A DNA stretch of 64,000 bases from a virus (taxonomy: Duplodnaviria; Caudoviricetes): positions 693 through 64,692 of IMG/VR virus record IMGVR_UViG_3300024243_000016. One strand, written 5' to 3'. The translations under genes were made by a program, and so were the position numbers. Positions within the stretch are counted from its first letter, which is position 1, and every line of letters begins with the position of its first letter. Shown piece by piece: positions 9,050-19,609 of this stretch. The notes under the pieces were generated by a model. That model saw only the letters and a list, made by a program, of their open reading frames with translations. It did no database searches and had not been told where the DNA came from.

Positions 9050-11098
9050 CTATTCTTCCTCCAATTTATTGTTATTTTCATCTTCGTTCAATTGTTTTAC
9101 TCTACTATTAAAAGAAGTGTCATCTTTCAGAGAATTAATTAATCGCTTGACCTCAAAATCACTTCTTTTTACATATTCCTCATCAAAAACAGAACCAACT
9201 ACTTCCTCTGATTCAACAGACATATCAGGTTCCAACAAGTTCTTTCTACTACGTTTTGAATATATGCTTGTGTTTAAATCAGCAATGTTATTAAGATCAG
9301 ACGATGCTAAACTTTCTGGGCCGTGATGTTCACGACGATTACGGTTATGTTTCAACCTATACTCTTCACCACGATCAGCAGAAGTCCGTTCATCTTTTTC
9401 TGTTTCGTCACTCTCTTCATCATCTTCAATCTCAACCAACAAATCACCGCCTACAATATTCTTAGAGGCAAACAAGCCTCCCCCGCCGACCTCCGCAGGC
9501 TCCGTTCCGCCACCAACATCACCAGCACCAGCAGCAGCCATCCCACCTTCGTCAGCACCAAACAACTCTTCTACAGGCTCACCAACATCTTCATCACCGA
9601 AATCCTCTTCGTCAAAACCACCACCACCGCCGCCAAACCCACCGCCCATAAAGTCATCACCACCGCCGACATCCTCAACACCATTAGACAACTCATTTAA
9701 CTCTGCATTCAGTAAAATATCTTCCTTAAGACCTTCATTAATCTTTTCAATTTCCTTACTAGATAACTTATAAATTCTCTTTTGCAAGGATTTTCGATCT
9801 ATGTGATGTTCAGGAACCATACCAGCAATCTCAAACCTTGTTCTCCAAAGTTCTAACTTTTGTTGTTCAGCAATATTTGATGGGTTTGTCAACTTTAATT
9901 CAAAATCAATTAAATCTTCTCCCTCAAAACCATGAGCATATAAATGAATTATTGCTATTTTTGTTAATTCAGAAACTATTACCCTCTGAATTCTTTGAAT
10001 AGACCTACTGAACCTAACATCTTCAGCAGACAACGTTGACTTGCCCATTGTATCATCAAAGCCAAGATACGTTTTTGGCACTTGCAAAGCTGAAAATAGT
10101 TTCGCCCTAAAATATTCAATGTCTTCAACATCTCCAGTATAGCTTCCACCAGCCAATGTCTCAATCTCTGTAGATTTGTCACCACGAACAGGAACATAAT
10201 AATCTTGTTCTGTACTTAAAGCAGAATACCTTAAATCAATTTGACCATTAGATGAATCAACAACATGATCTCGCTTTAATTGTGTTTTAATGTTTTCAAT
10301 ATACATTGGAACTTCATCAGGTGCAATATTTCCGACATCTATTTTGAATACACGTCGTTCAGGACTCCTAACGATTCTGTACACCATAACGCTATCTTCC
10401 AACAAGGTTAATTGTCTAAAAATCCTTCTAGCACCATCTAAAACGGACATTCCATATGGAGCAAACGTATCGTTACCATTCAACCTGAAGTGGCTAATTT
10501 GCCAATTTTGTAAAACTTTATTTTGTGTTGCCCATCGATATCTAACAGCCATTGGATTTTTAAGATCAAACCCCTCTTCTCTCTCGACATCTTGAACTGG
10601 AATTGGTAGAATCCCGACAATCCCATAATCAGGATCAACTTGGTTAAGCAAGAAACAATCTCCCCACTTACATAAGCTTCTTGTCCAACCCCACATATTA
10701 AATTCAACATTAAGAGTGTCAAAAAACAATGTTTCAAGAAGATCTTTAATTCGATCATTATCCGTCAAAATCTTCATAACACTGCCATTTTCGTCATAAG
10801 TAACACTTTCATCAGAATATAAATTTAATGCTGCTGAAATAATTGGATCTGAATCCATTTCTGCGAAATCCGAATACCTTGCCATTCTATCATAAGCCGT
10901 ATTAAACATTGTAGAACTATTATAAATAGAACTGTTCATCATATGAGCCATTGACGCTTTTGAGAAGCCAGTATCTATTTCACCTGATAAGGCTGTTTTA
11001 ATAATTGGGCCATCCCTAAACATCTTATTAAGCCTTGTAAAAAGATTAACCGCTCTCTTGACTCTAGAATCTTTTTTATTTTTTTCGTTATCTGCCAT
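9050..11098 (-). CDS. Portal protein (T4 gp20-like) with long acidic Gly-rich C-terminal extension
   Basis: Motifs EDSVMVYRIVRSPERRVFKIDVGN, DYYVPVRG, TEIETLAGG, DIEYF and EDVRFSRSIQRIQ. Confidence 0.95.
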   Translation of the reverse strand: MADNEKNKKDSRVKRAVNLFTRLNKMFRDGPIIKTALSGEIDTGFSKASMAHMMNSSIYNSSTMFNTAYDRMARYSDFAEMDSDPIISAALNLYSDESVTYDENGSVMKILTDNDRIKDLLETLFFDTLNVEFNMWGWTRSLCKWGDCFLLNQVDPDYGIVGILPIPVQDVEREEGFDLKNPMAVRYRWATQNKVLQNWQISHFRLNGNDTFAPYGMSVLDGARRIFRQLTLLEDSVMVYRIVRSPERRVFKIDVGNIAPDEVPMYIENIKTQLKRDHVVDSSNGQIDLRYSALSTEQDYYVPVRGDKSTEIETLAGGSYTGDVEDIEYFRAKLFSALQVPKTYLGFDDTMGKSTLSAEDVRFSRSIQRIQRVIVSELTKIAIIHLYAHGFEGEDLIDFELKLTNPSNIAEQQKLELWRTRFEIAGMVPEHHIDRKSLQKRIYKLSSKEIEKINEGLKEDILLNAELNELSNGVEDVGGGDDFMGGGFGGGGGGFDEEDFGDEDVGEPVEELFGADEGGMAAAGAGDVGGGTEPAEVGGGGLFASKNIVGGDLLVEIEDDEESDETEKDERTSADRGEEYRLKHNRNRREHHGPESLASSDLNNIADLNTSIYSKRSRKNLLEPDMSVESEEVVGSVFDEEYVKRSDFEVKRLINSLKDDTSFNSRVKQLNEDENNNKLEEE

Positions 11099-11163
11099 AT
11101 TTAACCTCTAAAACATTATTATATTATTTATTATTTTATCATAACTTAACTATCTTTTAAAAC

Positions 11164-12783
11164 TTAATAAAGCCAATTTAAATTACCTAGTTCTTTTTTT
11201 ATCAACCTTTTCTTACTATTACTAATGTCTACATTCCCAAAAAACAATGCACTTTCTGCCATATTTAACGAATTTGATATCCCTGAAAGCTCTTTAATTG
11301 ACTCAAAGTCAGAACTAGTCATTGAAATACAACTAACAAAAACTTTATCTAGTTCTTCTTGATTTAACATTCCAGCAAAAATAACATCTAACAACCAAGC
11401 TGCTATAGACATTGCAAGAATAGTATCATCATTACAACCTTTTTGTGCTTCAGGCCTTCCATTATTCCACACAAACGACTTCATTTCGTCTAACGTTCTT
11501 TCACTATATATTCTAATTTGCTTATTTCTTACCATTTCTTCTAACTTAGAAACATATAATGGCCTAGATCCTGCTGATGTTGGTATGCCCATTACATAAT
11601 CTTTTCTACCCTCATAGGCAAACATTCCAACACCACCCTTTGTTTTCGACTTATGAGAATAATAAATATTTTTATATTCTAAATCTTTTAGCTTACTAAG
11701 AACAGCCCAACCATAACTATTGTTCTCAATTGCAACTATCGCATTATTATATATTTTTGCTGTCCTATTAATTAATTCAGCATATCTGTCCGTAGGTATT
11801 CTACCAACATATTCCGCAACTTGTTCCCTACTAGCCATATCAATAACATGAAATGCAGAATTATCATTTCCATCACCCCTAGCAACATCAGCAGACAACA
11901 AATACTGAATGTCTTGTTTTGGCTCTATAAAATACCATAAATTATCTTCAAATGATGCTGAGGTGAACTTGTTAAAAATGTTATCTCCAACAAATTTTAT
12001 ATCTGATCCCCCAAAATATGTATCTCCAGATTGCTCAAATGAACATAGGTACTCTCTAGCTCTTTTTTGATCTATCATGTTTTTAGTTTCTTCATCAAAC
12101 CAAGCTTGATCTCTTTCTGGGTGTACGTCCCACATTAATTTTGTCGGGAAAAACCTATTTTTACCAACCTCGGCCTCTTTCCACAATCTATGGTAAGTTG
12201 AACCAACACCCCTCGGAGTACTAACAATAACACACCTACCACCAGTTGAAATAGTGGGTTCAATTGATGCCCACAATTCACCAAAATCTTGAATCACTGC
12301 TGCTTCATCAATTACTAACAATGATAATGATTCAGACACACCACTATTCCCAGTTGTTGCCTCCACCTTAATTGCAGACCGATTTGAAAACTCTATCTGA
12401 TTTTTATTATCTGTTACCATCTCTGACATTTTTAGCCAATTTGGTAACAAATTATACATGATGCGAACCTTTTTAAGCATGTTCCTGGCTGATCCCTGTT
12501 TGTTTGCAACAATAAGCACGTTTTTATCTTTGTGAAAAAGAGTAAACCACAGAATAAAGCCAGCCACGTCAGTAGAGATACCAAGTTGCCTAGCCTTAAG
12601 CACAATGTTATGCCTATGCTTTATTAAGTCTTTATTTAATTGTTCCTGATAGTCGAATAGGGCAAAAGGAATTATACCCCTTGTAATATGTTGAATTTTA
12701 CCATATTTTCTTAAGAAATAATTAACATCCTTTCCAGATCTTATTATTTCCTGAGTTATTTGTAATTTACTTTTTTTAGCCAT
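11164..12783 (-). CDS. terL: Terminase large subunit (T4 gp17-like)
   Basis: Walker A LKARQLGIS, Walker B LLVIDEAA, coupling motif VSTPRG, nuclease motifs ADVARGDGND and NDD. Confidence 0.95.
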   Translation of the reverse strand: MAKKSKLQITQEIIRSGKDVNYFLRKYGKIQHITRGIIPFALFDYQEQLNKDLIKHRHNIVLKARQLGISTDVAGFILWFTLFHKDKNVLIVANKQGSARNMLKKVRIMYNLLPNWLKMSEMVTDNKNQIEFSNRSAIKVEATTGNSGVSESLSLLVIDEAAVIQDFGELWASIEPTISTGGRCVIVSTPRGVGSTYHRLWKEAEVGKNRFFPTKLMWDVHPERDQAWFDEETKNMIDQKRAREYLCSFEQSGDTYFGGSDIKFVGDNIFNKFTSASFEDNLWYFIEPKQDIQYLLSADVARGDGNDNSAFHVIDMASREQVAEYVGRIPTDRYAELINRTAKIYNNAIVAIENNSYGWAVLSKLKDLEYKNIYYSHKSKTKGGVGMFAYEGRKDYVMGIPTSAGSRPLYVSKLEEMVRNKQIRIYSERTLDEMKSFVWNNGRPEAQKGCNDDTILAMSIAAWLLDVIFAGMLNQEELDKVFVSCISMTSSDFESIKELSGISNSLNMAESALFFGNVDISNSKKRLIKKELGNLNWLY

Positions 12784-12897
12784 AAAGAGTTCCCAAACAA
12801 ATTATATTGCTGAGTTTTAACAACTATTAAATATAATTAGTAATTAGAAACTTTTATTTACTAGTTTTTTTTATTTTTTTTGTTTTTAGGCGAAGGA

Positions 12898-13386
12898 TTA
12901 TTTGATTGTAATTTCTTTTGGCTCCATAGCAGCAACCAGCTTTTTATCTTTTGGGATGAAAACCTTAAGAACACCATTGACAACTTCAGCAGAAACCTTT
13001 GAACAATCATACATGTTGTCAATAATCCAAACTTTATTAACCTTAAGATCTGGAGCAAAACCCTTAAACTCTTCTGGATTCTTATCGCCAATGTCAACTT
13101 TAAAGATCAAAACATTATCCCCATTACAATCAGCCTCTGTACTTAACTTAACCCACTCCTTTTCAACACCTGGAATTGGGACATCGACATTAAGTCCATG
13201 ATCATCCACATAATACTTATAACTTTGACACTGATCATTAAGACTAACATTACCATCATCATCAAAAAATTTAAATAGGCTTGATTGCATTTCAGGCCAA
13301 GTTACACCAAAGGCATCACCAAACTTACGGCCACGACCACACATATTAGGGCCAGTTCCATCCATTTTTCTCATTCTGTTTCTCAT
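12898..13386 (-). CDS. Small heat-shock protein (Hsp20/alpha-crystallin family); start revised to 13386
   Basis: VPIPGVEKE...VSAEVVNGVLKVFIPK alpha-crystallin signature. AGGAGG SD precedes the ATG at 13386. Confidence 0.8.
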   Translation of the reverse strand: MRNRMRKMDGTGPNMCGRGRKFGDAFGVTWPEMQSSLFKFFDDDGNVSLNDQCQSYKYYVDDHGLNVDVPIPGVEKEWVKLSTEADCNGDNVLIFKVDIGDKNPEEFKGFAPDLKVNKVWIIDNMYDCSKVSAEVVNGVLKVFIPKDKKLVAAMEPKEITIK

Positions 13387-13435
13387 TTCAAAACCTCCTA
13401 CTAAATTTAAATTATTTGCTTCAAAAATTATAATC

Positions 13436-13465
13436 ATAATATAATAGATAGCTATGTTTTGTCAA
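13436..13465 (-). promoter_or_regulatory. Sigma70-type promoter upstream of hsp20
   Basis: Minus strand TTGACA at 13465-13460, then a 16-18 nt spacer and TATATT/TATTAT. Confidence 0.6.
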
Positions 13466-14427
13466 GAGCACTTTTGAATATTTTCCAAAAAACAACTAAC
13501 ACTATCTTTTGAGTCTAGGCTATAAGCAGATTTTTCTATACTTAACTTGTTGTCTACCCTTGCTGATACCCTAAGCGCAGCGGATCTAAAGTATTTAGGA
13601 TCTTCTTCCAACTTATTTAACAACCACGCCCTTTCCTTGTCACTCAAAAAGTTATTATTTTTAATGCTACTATTCACCATTTTTTTTGACATCCCGCTTT
13701 TTCTACCATAAGCTCCCATCCTAACCTCAATATTAACCTTCGGAACATCAAAACTATTCACACCTACCTCATTAAGACTTGCTGGATCTTTACCCAAATA
13801 ATATAATCCATGACCACCTATCTGAATATAAAAAACATTTTTATTATTATACAAGTCAACAACAAACCTACTATCAAGTACTATAGAATTATTTTTACCA
13901 TACATATCAGCTTGTCTTCTAGAGTTTGTACCTTTGTTGCCACAATAATTCCAAGCATTACTTGTTGTAACAACAGGAAACTTATTATAACCAAACCTTA
14001 CAAACTTGTCTACAGCACTCTTGCCAATAAAGTCACCGTCATCCACCCCAATATCATACTTCATAGAGACAATATCATCAAAAACTTTAACAAACAACCC
14101 TCTTTTCTCATTAATTTTACCAACAATATATTTAGAAATATTACCATCCATCTTTCTTAATGATTCAGATAATTGTAAGTCATATAAATTACCACTCAAA
14201 ATACCAGAACCCATATAATCGCTAATAGAGTTTTTAACTTCCAGATTGTAACAAACATCATTTATCTTAAAATCAAGATCCGCACCTGTAGAACTTTTTG
14301 CATTATTAGATATTACACCACCAATACCACAAGAAGCAATACTTTCAAAAACTTTACTTTCATATATATACCCAATATTTTCTTTCATAACATTATTATC
14401 ATTATTTGTCAAAACAAAACCTCTCAA
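13462..14427 (-). CDS. PD-(D/E)xK superfamily nuclease-like protein
   Basis: YE...GADLDFKINDVCYNLEVK catalytic-type pattern. YIQIGGHGLY motif. TTG start. Confidence 0.6.
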   Translation of the reverse strand: MRGFVLTNNDNNVMKENIGYIYESKVFESIASCGIGGVISNNAKSSTGADLDFKINDVCYNLEVKNSISDYMGSGILSGNLYDLQLSESLRKMDGNISKYIVGKINEKRGLFVKVFDDIVSMKYDIGVDDGDFIGKSAVDKFVRFGYNKFPVVTTSNAWNYCGNKGTNSRRQADMYGKNNSIVLDSRFVVDLYNNKNVFYIQIGGHGLYYLGKDPASLNEVGVNSFDVPKVNIEVRMGAYGRKSGMSKKMVNSSIKNNNFLSDKERAWLLNKLEEDPKYFRSAALRVSARVDNKLSIEKSAYSLDSKDSVSCFLENIQKCS

Positions 14428-14466
14428 TAACTAAAATTAAAAAACGTAAACCACTAAAATTATTAA

Positions 14467-14805
14467 TTATTTTTTATCACGCCACTTGTCATAAACAATC
14501 ACTTCTTCATCAGTCATTTGTTTTAAATTATCTTTATCCCAATCATCTTCTCTGCCTTCTACAAAATAAATATAACAACTAAAACAACACTTGTGCCTAA
14601 AATAATAACCTTTATCTACATCAATAATCATTGGCCTGTGACAAACTGGGCAACGTGACGGAACCTTGTTTTCTACAAAATCTTTATCTAACCTCATCTT
14701 TGACATAGTTGACCAAAAACCGCCCCCATTACCATTGTCTTTCCAAACACGAACCTTACCGTTACCCAAGTCTTCAATAAACCCATCATGTAAACAATCA
14801 GACAT
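14467..14805 (-). CDS. Small zinc-finger protein
   Basis: CPVC...CCFSC. Confidence 0.65.
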   Translation of the reverse strand: MSDCLHDGFIEDLGNGKVRVWKDNGNGGGFWSTMSKMRLDKDFVENKVPSRCPVCHRPMIIDVDKGYYFRHKCCFSCYIYFVEGREDDWDKDNLKQMTDEEVIVYDKWRDKK

Positions 14806-14820
14806 ATAAACCCCCAGTTT

Positions 14821-17800
14821 TCAAATCACAATTTTTGCATTATGATTTTGATCTAAATCAATATCTATAATATTGTCAGCAACGTCTTTCAAAGAATCAA
14901 TATGCGTAACAATAATAATGTTCTTGAAATATTGTTTAAGCTTTACTAACATATCAGACATACTTTCAACCTTATTGCCATCAAGAGCACTAAACCCCTC
15001 ATCAATTATAAATGAAGATGATCTTGGAATACTTGAAACCAAACATAACCCTGCTCTAATTGCAATTGATGAAATAGTTTTTTCCATTCCAGAGGCAATT
15101 TGAACAGGACGGGGATCAGTATCTGGATATACAAGATTAATAAATATATTACTGTTACTGTCATAATCTAATAATATTTTAAAAGAAACTACATCTGACA
15201 ACAACAAGTTAATTGTGTTGTTAATAATTGGCAAGTTTTTTGAAATTATTTGTTTTGGAATACCATTCTTACCTAAACAATCTGATAACAAGCTATATAC
15301 ATTATACTTTTTTAAGCAATTATCATAATCAAGTCTTTTTATTTTCCACTCATTTAATGTCGTAACAACAGATCCAACGCTTTTGTTAAGATCTGCAATG
15401 TTTTCATTAGCTTTTTTAATCACCTTTGCTTTATTTGGCCTTTCTGCCATCAAAACTCTTATTTGTTCATTTAATTCCTTATTTAACTCTATTTGATTCT
15501 TATCATTATTATAAACTTCAACCTTTTTTAACAACTCCAACCTAGACTCTTTTAACTTGGAAACAATAGATTTTTTATTACTTAAGTCATTTAATATTTC
15601 TGACTTACTCTTATTCAACTTGTGTTCATTTGAAATTATTTTTTCTATTTTATTATAATTACCAACAAAACCACTCTCTTCTATTTCAAAAATCTCGACA
15701 CTACATTCATTAATATTTTCACCAAGCTCCTCTAACTCTAACCTCACACCCTCAAGCTTATCCCTAGAAGCAACAGCATCTAAAATTAAAGGACACTTGG
15801 AGAACACATCCTTAAAATCACTTAAATCACCACAAGGAATTTTACTAAGAATCTTTACCCTGTTTTCAATATCACATAGAAAATCTTTTTTATACCCCTT
15901 TTCACCTTCAAAATTATCAACATCATTAAGTAACGAATCATAATTTGACTTCTTTGTTTTCATTTCCTCAAAATTATATTCACTCAAAATTTTAGCACTA
16001 ATGTCTAATTTTTCATTAACACTAAGAAGGCTATTTTCAACATTAAAAATCTCATCAACCATGCCATTAATCTTATCATCAGCCTTCCCCAGCTTTATAT
16101 TAACATCTTTAATATCAATCAAATCTACGTCAACTACCTTTGAATGAAGAGCACTAACCTTTTTATCTATATCATTAAGACATTTTAACTCTTTAACATA
16201 TATGTTATTATTCTTTTTTAACTCTTTTTCAAACTCACCCAACCTAGATTTACAACCTTCTATCTCTTCATCAAAGTCAATGTCATCATATTGTTTCAAC
16301 TTAGATTTAACACTTCTAAAATTGTCATTAACTAAATCATATCTTTCTTCAAAAAAATATAGATCCAAAAACTTCATAATAATCTCTTTTCTTAAAGTAG
16401 CGCCCTTGTTAATAAACGACATGATATCACCCTGAGATGCCACTGATGAAAGAAAAAGATCATCTACAGAACCAAACATAGATCTAATATTCTTCTCAGT
16501 ATCAAACCTTTGCTCACCATTTAAACATATATCATTACCCTCACTATCAATTCTAAAAAAATCTAAATCAGTTTTAGACTGTATAACACCACTACTATTT
16601 TTGATTTTTTGAACAGTCCTAACAATTTTATACTTATTTCCACCAACCTTCAATATCAACTCACCAAAACACTTTTTAGCCCTAGAGTTAATATATTCAA
16701 TATTTTTTGTAACCAGCCTATTAGTTGTATTATGCATGATATGACAAATGGTATCAATTGCTGCTGACTTACCAATTGCATTTTGGCCAGAGATTAAATT
16801 TATTTTATTGTCTAGTTTTGAAAAATTTATTATATTTCTTCTACCATAATTAAAATAATTTCCAAACCTTAAACGATCAAAATCCCAAACAACATTTCTG
16901 ACCAAACCATCACTAGACAAGTTATCATCTAAATCTAAGTTTAACTTAACAACACTATCTATAACACTCTTTTTAATATCCTTGTTCTTAAAATAATTCC
17001 TTATTAACGATGACTGGACATCTCTATTTCTAATATTGTCTGATATTACCTTTAGGCTTTCAAAATCATCACTATTAAAGCTCATAGATGAGCTATGAAT
17101 CTCTCTAATATCTTTTGGCTTAAATTTACTAATAATCTTAGACTTGAACTTGGCTAATTTAGCAAAATTTACATTATCATCAATAGCTATTCTAATCCTA
17201 GAGTTTGGTTTAGGGTTAAACCACGATGGAATCTTACACTCTTTATCAACATTGATAGTGTAAAACTTTAATGGTGAATCAACAACAACAAACTCCGTAT
17301 CAAAACTATCCCTATCGTCAATTTTCCACAATAAAAACCCGCTATCTAAACTCTCACCAAAGTTATTCTGCAACAAACTGCCAGCATATGCACATCGCTT
17401 ATCTTCATCTAAAAACTGATGTTTATGAATGTCGCCCAACATAACAAAGTCAAGCCCATTAAACATAGAAAGATCATGCTCACTAGTAAACAAAAAACCA
17501 GTCTCATTATCAGAACCACGAACACATATATGTGCAAGGCCAATAGAAATATCAGACTTTTTTATTTGTTTGTTATTTTTTATATTTTTTATGCCAACAT
17601 CATTATTATCAACAATGGAATAAACGGCAAAACATACATTTTTCCCAGCAACCTCACAATTATATAATCCAGAACCATAATACAACTCTAAATTTTCCAT
17701 CACATTACAAACTGGTATAACTGGAGATATTCTATTGGAATTATTAACATTAATATCATGATTGCCTAATATCACTTTGACGGGCGCTATTTTAGTTAAA

Positions 17801-18000
17801 CCAGAAAAAAACTTTTGCGCTAATAAAATTGCCTCACCAGATATTTGTATTTTTGTGTGAAAACAATCGCCAGTAAAAACAATTAAATCAGGTTTAACTT
17901 TTTCTAATTCGACAATTAAATTATTTATTGTTTTATCAAACTCATTATAAAACTTATAATTTCTAACATGTAAGTCAGATATATGTGCTATCTTAATCAT
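14821..18000 (-). CDS. Fused Mre11/SbcD nuclease and Rad50/SbcC ATPase (gp47-gp46-like)
   Basis: Phosphoesterase motifs SDLH, TGD, GNHD, GDIH. Walker A GQNAIGKS, Q-loop SQG, coiled coil, signature ASGME, Walker B IIDEGFSALD, H-loop VTH. Confidence 0.92.
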   Translation of the reverse strand: MIKIAHISDLHVRNYKFYNEFDKTINNLIVELEKVKPDLIVFTGDCFHTKIQISGEAILLAQKFFSGLTKIAPVKVILGNHDINVNNSNRISPVIPVCNVMENLELYYGSGLYNCEVAGKNVCFAVYSIVDNNDVGIKNIKNNKQIKKSDISIGLAHICVRGSDNETGFLFTSEHDLSMFNGLDFVMLGDIHKHQFLDEDKRCAYAGSLLQNNFGESLDSGFLLWKIDDRDSFDTEFVVVDSPLKFYTINVDKECKIPSWFNPKPNSRIRIAIDDNVNFAKLAKFKSKIISKFKPKDIREIHSSSMSFNSDDFESLKVISDNIRNRDVQSSLIRNYFKNKDIKKSVIDSVVKLNLDLDDNLSSDGLVRNVVWDFDRLRFGNYFNYGRRNIINFSKLDNKINLISGQNAIGKSAAIDTICHIMHNTTNRLVTKNIEYINSRAKKCFGELILKVGGNKYKIVRTVQKIKNSSGVIQSKTDLDFFRIDSEGNDICLNGEQRFDTEKNIRSMFGSVDDLFLSSVASQGDIMSFINKGATLRKEIIMKFLDLYFFEERYDLVNDNFRSVKSKLKQYDDIDFDEEIEGCKSRLGEFEKELKKNNNIYVKELKCLNDIDKKVSALHSKVVDVDLIDIKDVNIKLGKADDKINGMVDEIFNVENSLLSVNEKLDISAKILSEYNFEEMKTKKSNYDSLLNDVDNFEGEKGYKKDFLCDIENRVKILSKIPCGDLSDFKDVFSKCPLILDAVASRDKLEGVRLELEELGENINECSVEIFEIEESGFVGNYNKIEKIISNEHKLNKSKSEILNDLSNKKSIVSKLKESRLELLKKVEVYNNDKNQIELNKELNEQIRVLMAERPNKAKVIKKANENIADLNKSVGSVVTTLNEWKIKRLDYDNCLKKYNVYSLLSDCLGKNGIPKQIISKNLPIINNTINLLLSDVVSFKILLDYDSNSNIFINLVYPDTDPRPVQIASGMEKTISSIAIRAGLCLVSSIPRSSSFIIDEGFSALDGNKVESMSDMLVKLKQYFKNIIIVTHIDSLKDVADNIIDIDLDQNHNAKIVI

Positions 18001-18012
18001 TTAACCTCATTT

Positions 18013-19056
18013 TTATCTGAATAGAATTTTCATCATTGAATTATACTTTTTATTATTACTTTTAAGATAATATAATGCTTCTTCTTTGGACATTTCGCCA
18101 AAATCATTATATTTTGTCCCACTAAAAAATACAACCCTAACATCAACATCATGACTAATTAAATTATCTGCTATATCAAAACTTTTCTTCAAAGCGTCCC
18201 TATCTAAAGCTAACAATACCATTGGCTTACTTTTAACTATCTTCTCAAAGAGAACACTGTTTTTAGATATTGAAGACCCAAGAATAGGAATAGAGTTTTT
18301 GCCACACTTTATTGAATCAATTATACCTTCAGTAATAACTATTGGCTTATTATAATCAACATAAAGCTCATTATAAACAATATTCTTACTTGCCTTACTG
18401 TTTAAGTATTTATTTCCAGGTAATTCATCCCATATTTTCCTCCCAACAAAATAATTTATATCACCATCTACATTAAATGATGGAAATACCACCCTATTTT
18501 TATATCTACCTGAAACACAGAAACCAATCTTATAAAAGATAATATCATCTCTAGTAATACCACGTTTATATAAATATTTTTTTGCACTATTTACATTTGG
18601 ATCAGAACTTTTATACATCAACAACTTAAATCCATCCGGGGGTCTTAATTTTTCACCAATATCATTGTTTTTACACGACCCCTTACAATAAAGAAAACTA
18701 ACCCTATCATATAAAGCCTTCTTGTAATCTATATTGCTATCCCTATCTGACGTGCCATCACCACTTATAACAAAACTATTCTTCTCAGACTTAAATTCTA
18801 ATGTTTGTCTATCACTAGCAAACCTTTTTAATATATAATTAACATTTTTACCCCTTTTGCCACAATGCCAGCAATGCCAAACACCACTTATATGTATCGC
18901 CAACTTCTTCTGATTGGGGTTTGATTGCTCATTCTTGTTGTGAAAAGGACAATAAAACATTAGTTCTAGTTCATTACGCTCTTTTTCGCAATTACCTAAA
19001 AACTCTTCTAATATTTTTACTTGTTTTAAAGTAAGGAAATCATCATTATTTACCAT
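18013..19056 (-). CDS. dnaG: DNA primase (zinc finger plus TOPRIM)
   Basis: CPFH...WHCWHC zinc finger. RVVFP, YLNS, TEGIID and LDRD TOPRIM motifs. Confidence 0.9.
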   Translation of the reverse strand: MVNNDDFLTLKQVKILEEFLGNCEKERNELELMFYCPFHNKNEQSNPNQKKLAIHISGVWHCWHCGKRGKNVNYILKRFASDRQTLEFKSEKNSFVISGDGTSDRDSNIDYKKALYDRVSFLYCKGSCKNNDIGEKLRPPDGFKLLMYKSSDPNVNSAKKYLYKRGITRDDIIFYKIGFCVSGRYKNRVVFPSFNVDGDINYFVGRKIWDELPGNKYLNSKASKNIVYNELYVDYNKPIVITEGIIDSIKCGKNSIPILGSSISKNSVLFEKIVKSKPMVLLALDRDALKKSFDIADNLISHDVDVRVVFFSGTKYNDFGEMSKEEALYYLKSNNKKYNSMMKILFR

Positions 19057-19061
19057 GTATT

Positions 19062-19604
19062 TTAACCGCTTCTTTTTAAATAACCATAAACAATTACAAA
19101 TGCATCAGCCATATCATAATTTTCATCTTTTAGATTGTTAAATTTGCTATATGTCCAATCATCATAGTTAATTATATCATTAACCTTTTCAAAAATAAAG
19201 TGCTTCCGCTCCTTATACTTCAAACCTTTGGGTACGATAATACTACAACCCTTTCTAGCACTCATTACATTATAAACAATTTGCTCAATATCTAAAAACT
19301 CCTTTTTGCAAACATATTGCAATAACATATTAAAAGAATATAAATTGAACAAAGTATTAGCATTGCTTTTGCCAGGAGCAAACCTTTTTAATGGGGCCTC
19401 AATAACAATAATGTCTGTATTATTAATATATTTGTACCCAAGCAACCAACTCTTAAAGAAGTCAACTTTTTCAAATATATCATTAATTTTCTTAAGGTTT
19501 AAAACACCTATATCAACCAGATCCAAATTAGACTTATTAATAAGGCAAAATCCAATATTAGAAGTTGATATATCTAACCCTAAAGCATATTTTTTATTGT
19601 TCAA
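19062..19604 (-). CDS. RuvC-like Holliday junction resolvase
   Basis: LGLDISTSNIG, VIEAP and DMADA RNase H-fold acidic motifs. Confidence 0.8.
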   Translation of the reverse strand: MNNKKYALGLDISTSNIGFCLINKSNLDLVDIGVLNLKKINDIFEKVDFFKSWLLGYKYINNTDIIVIEAPLKRFAPGKSNANTLFNLYSFNMLLQYVCKKEFLDIEQIVYNVMSARKGCSIIVPKGLKYKERKHFIFEKVNDIINYDDWTYSKFNNLKDENYDMADAFVIVYGYLKRSG

Positions 19605-19609
19605 AACTT

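Noticed and set aside
12861-12897. T-rich tract after hsp20 as a terminator
   Set aside because: It reads A-rich on the coding strand and has no convincing hairpin.
9050-19056. Inteins or introns in terminase, portal, primase or Mre11-Rad50
   Set aside because: Motif spacing is continuous, and no splice-junction or LAGLIDADG/HNH motifs were seen.
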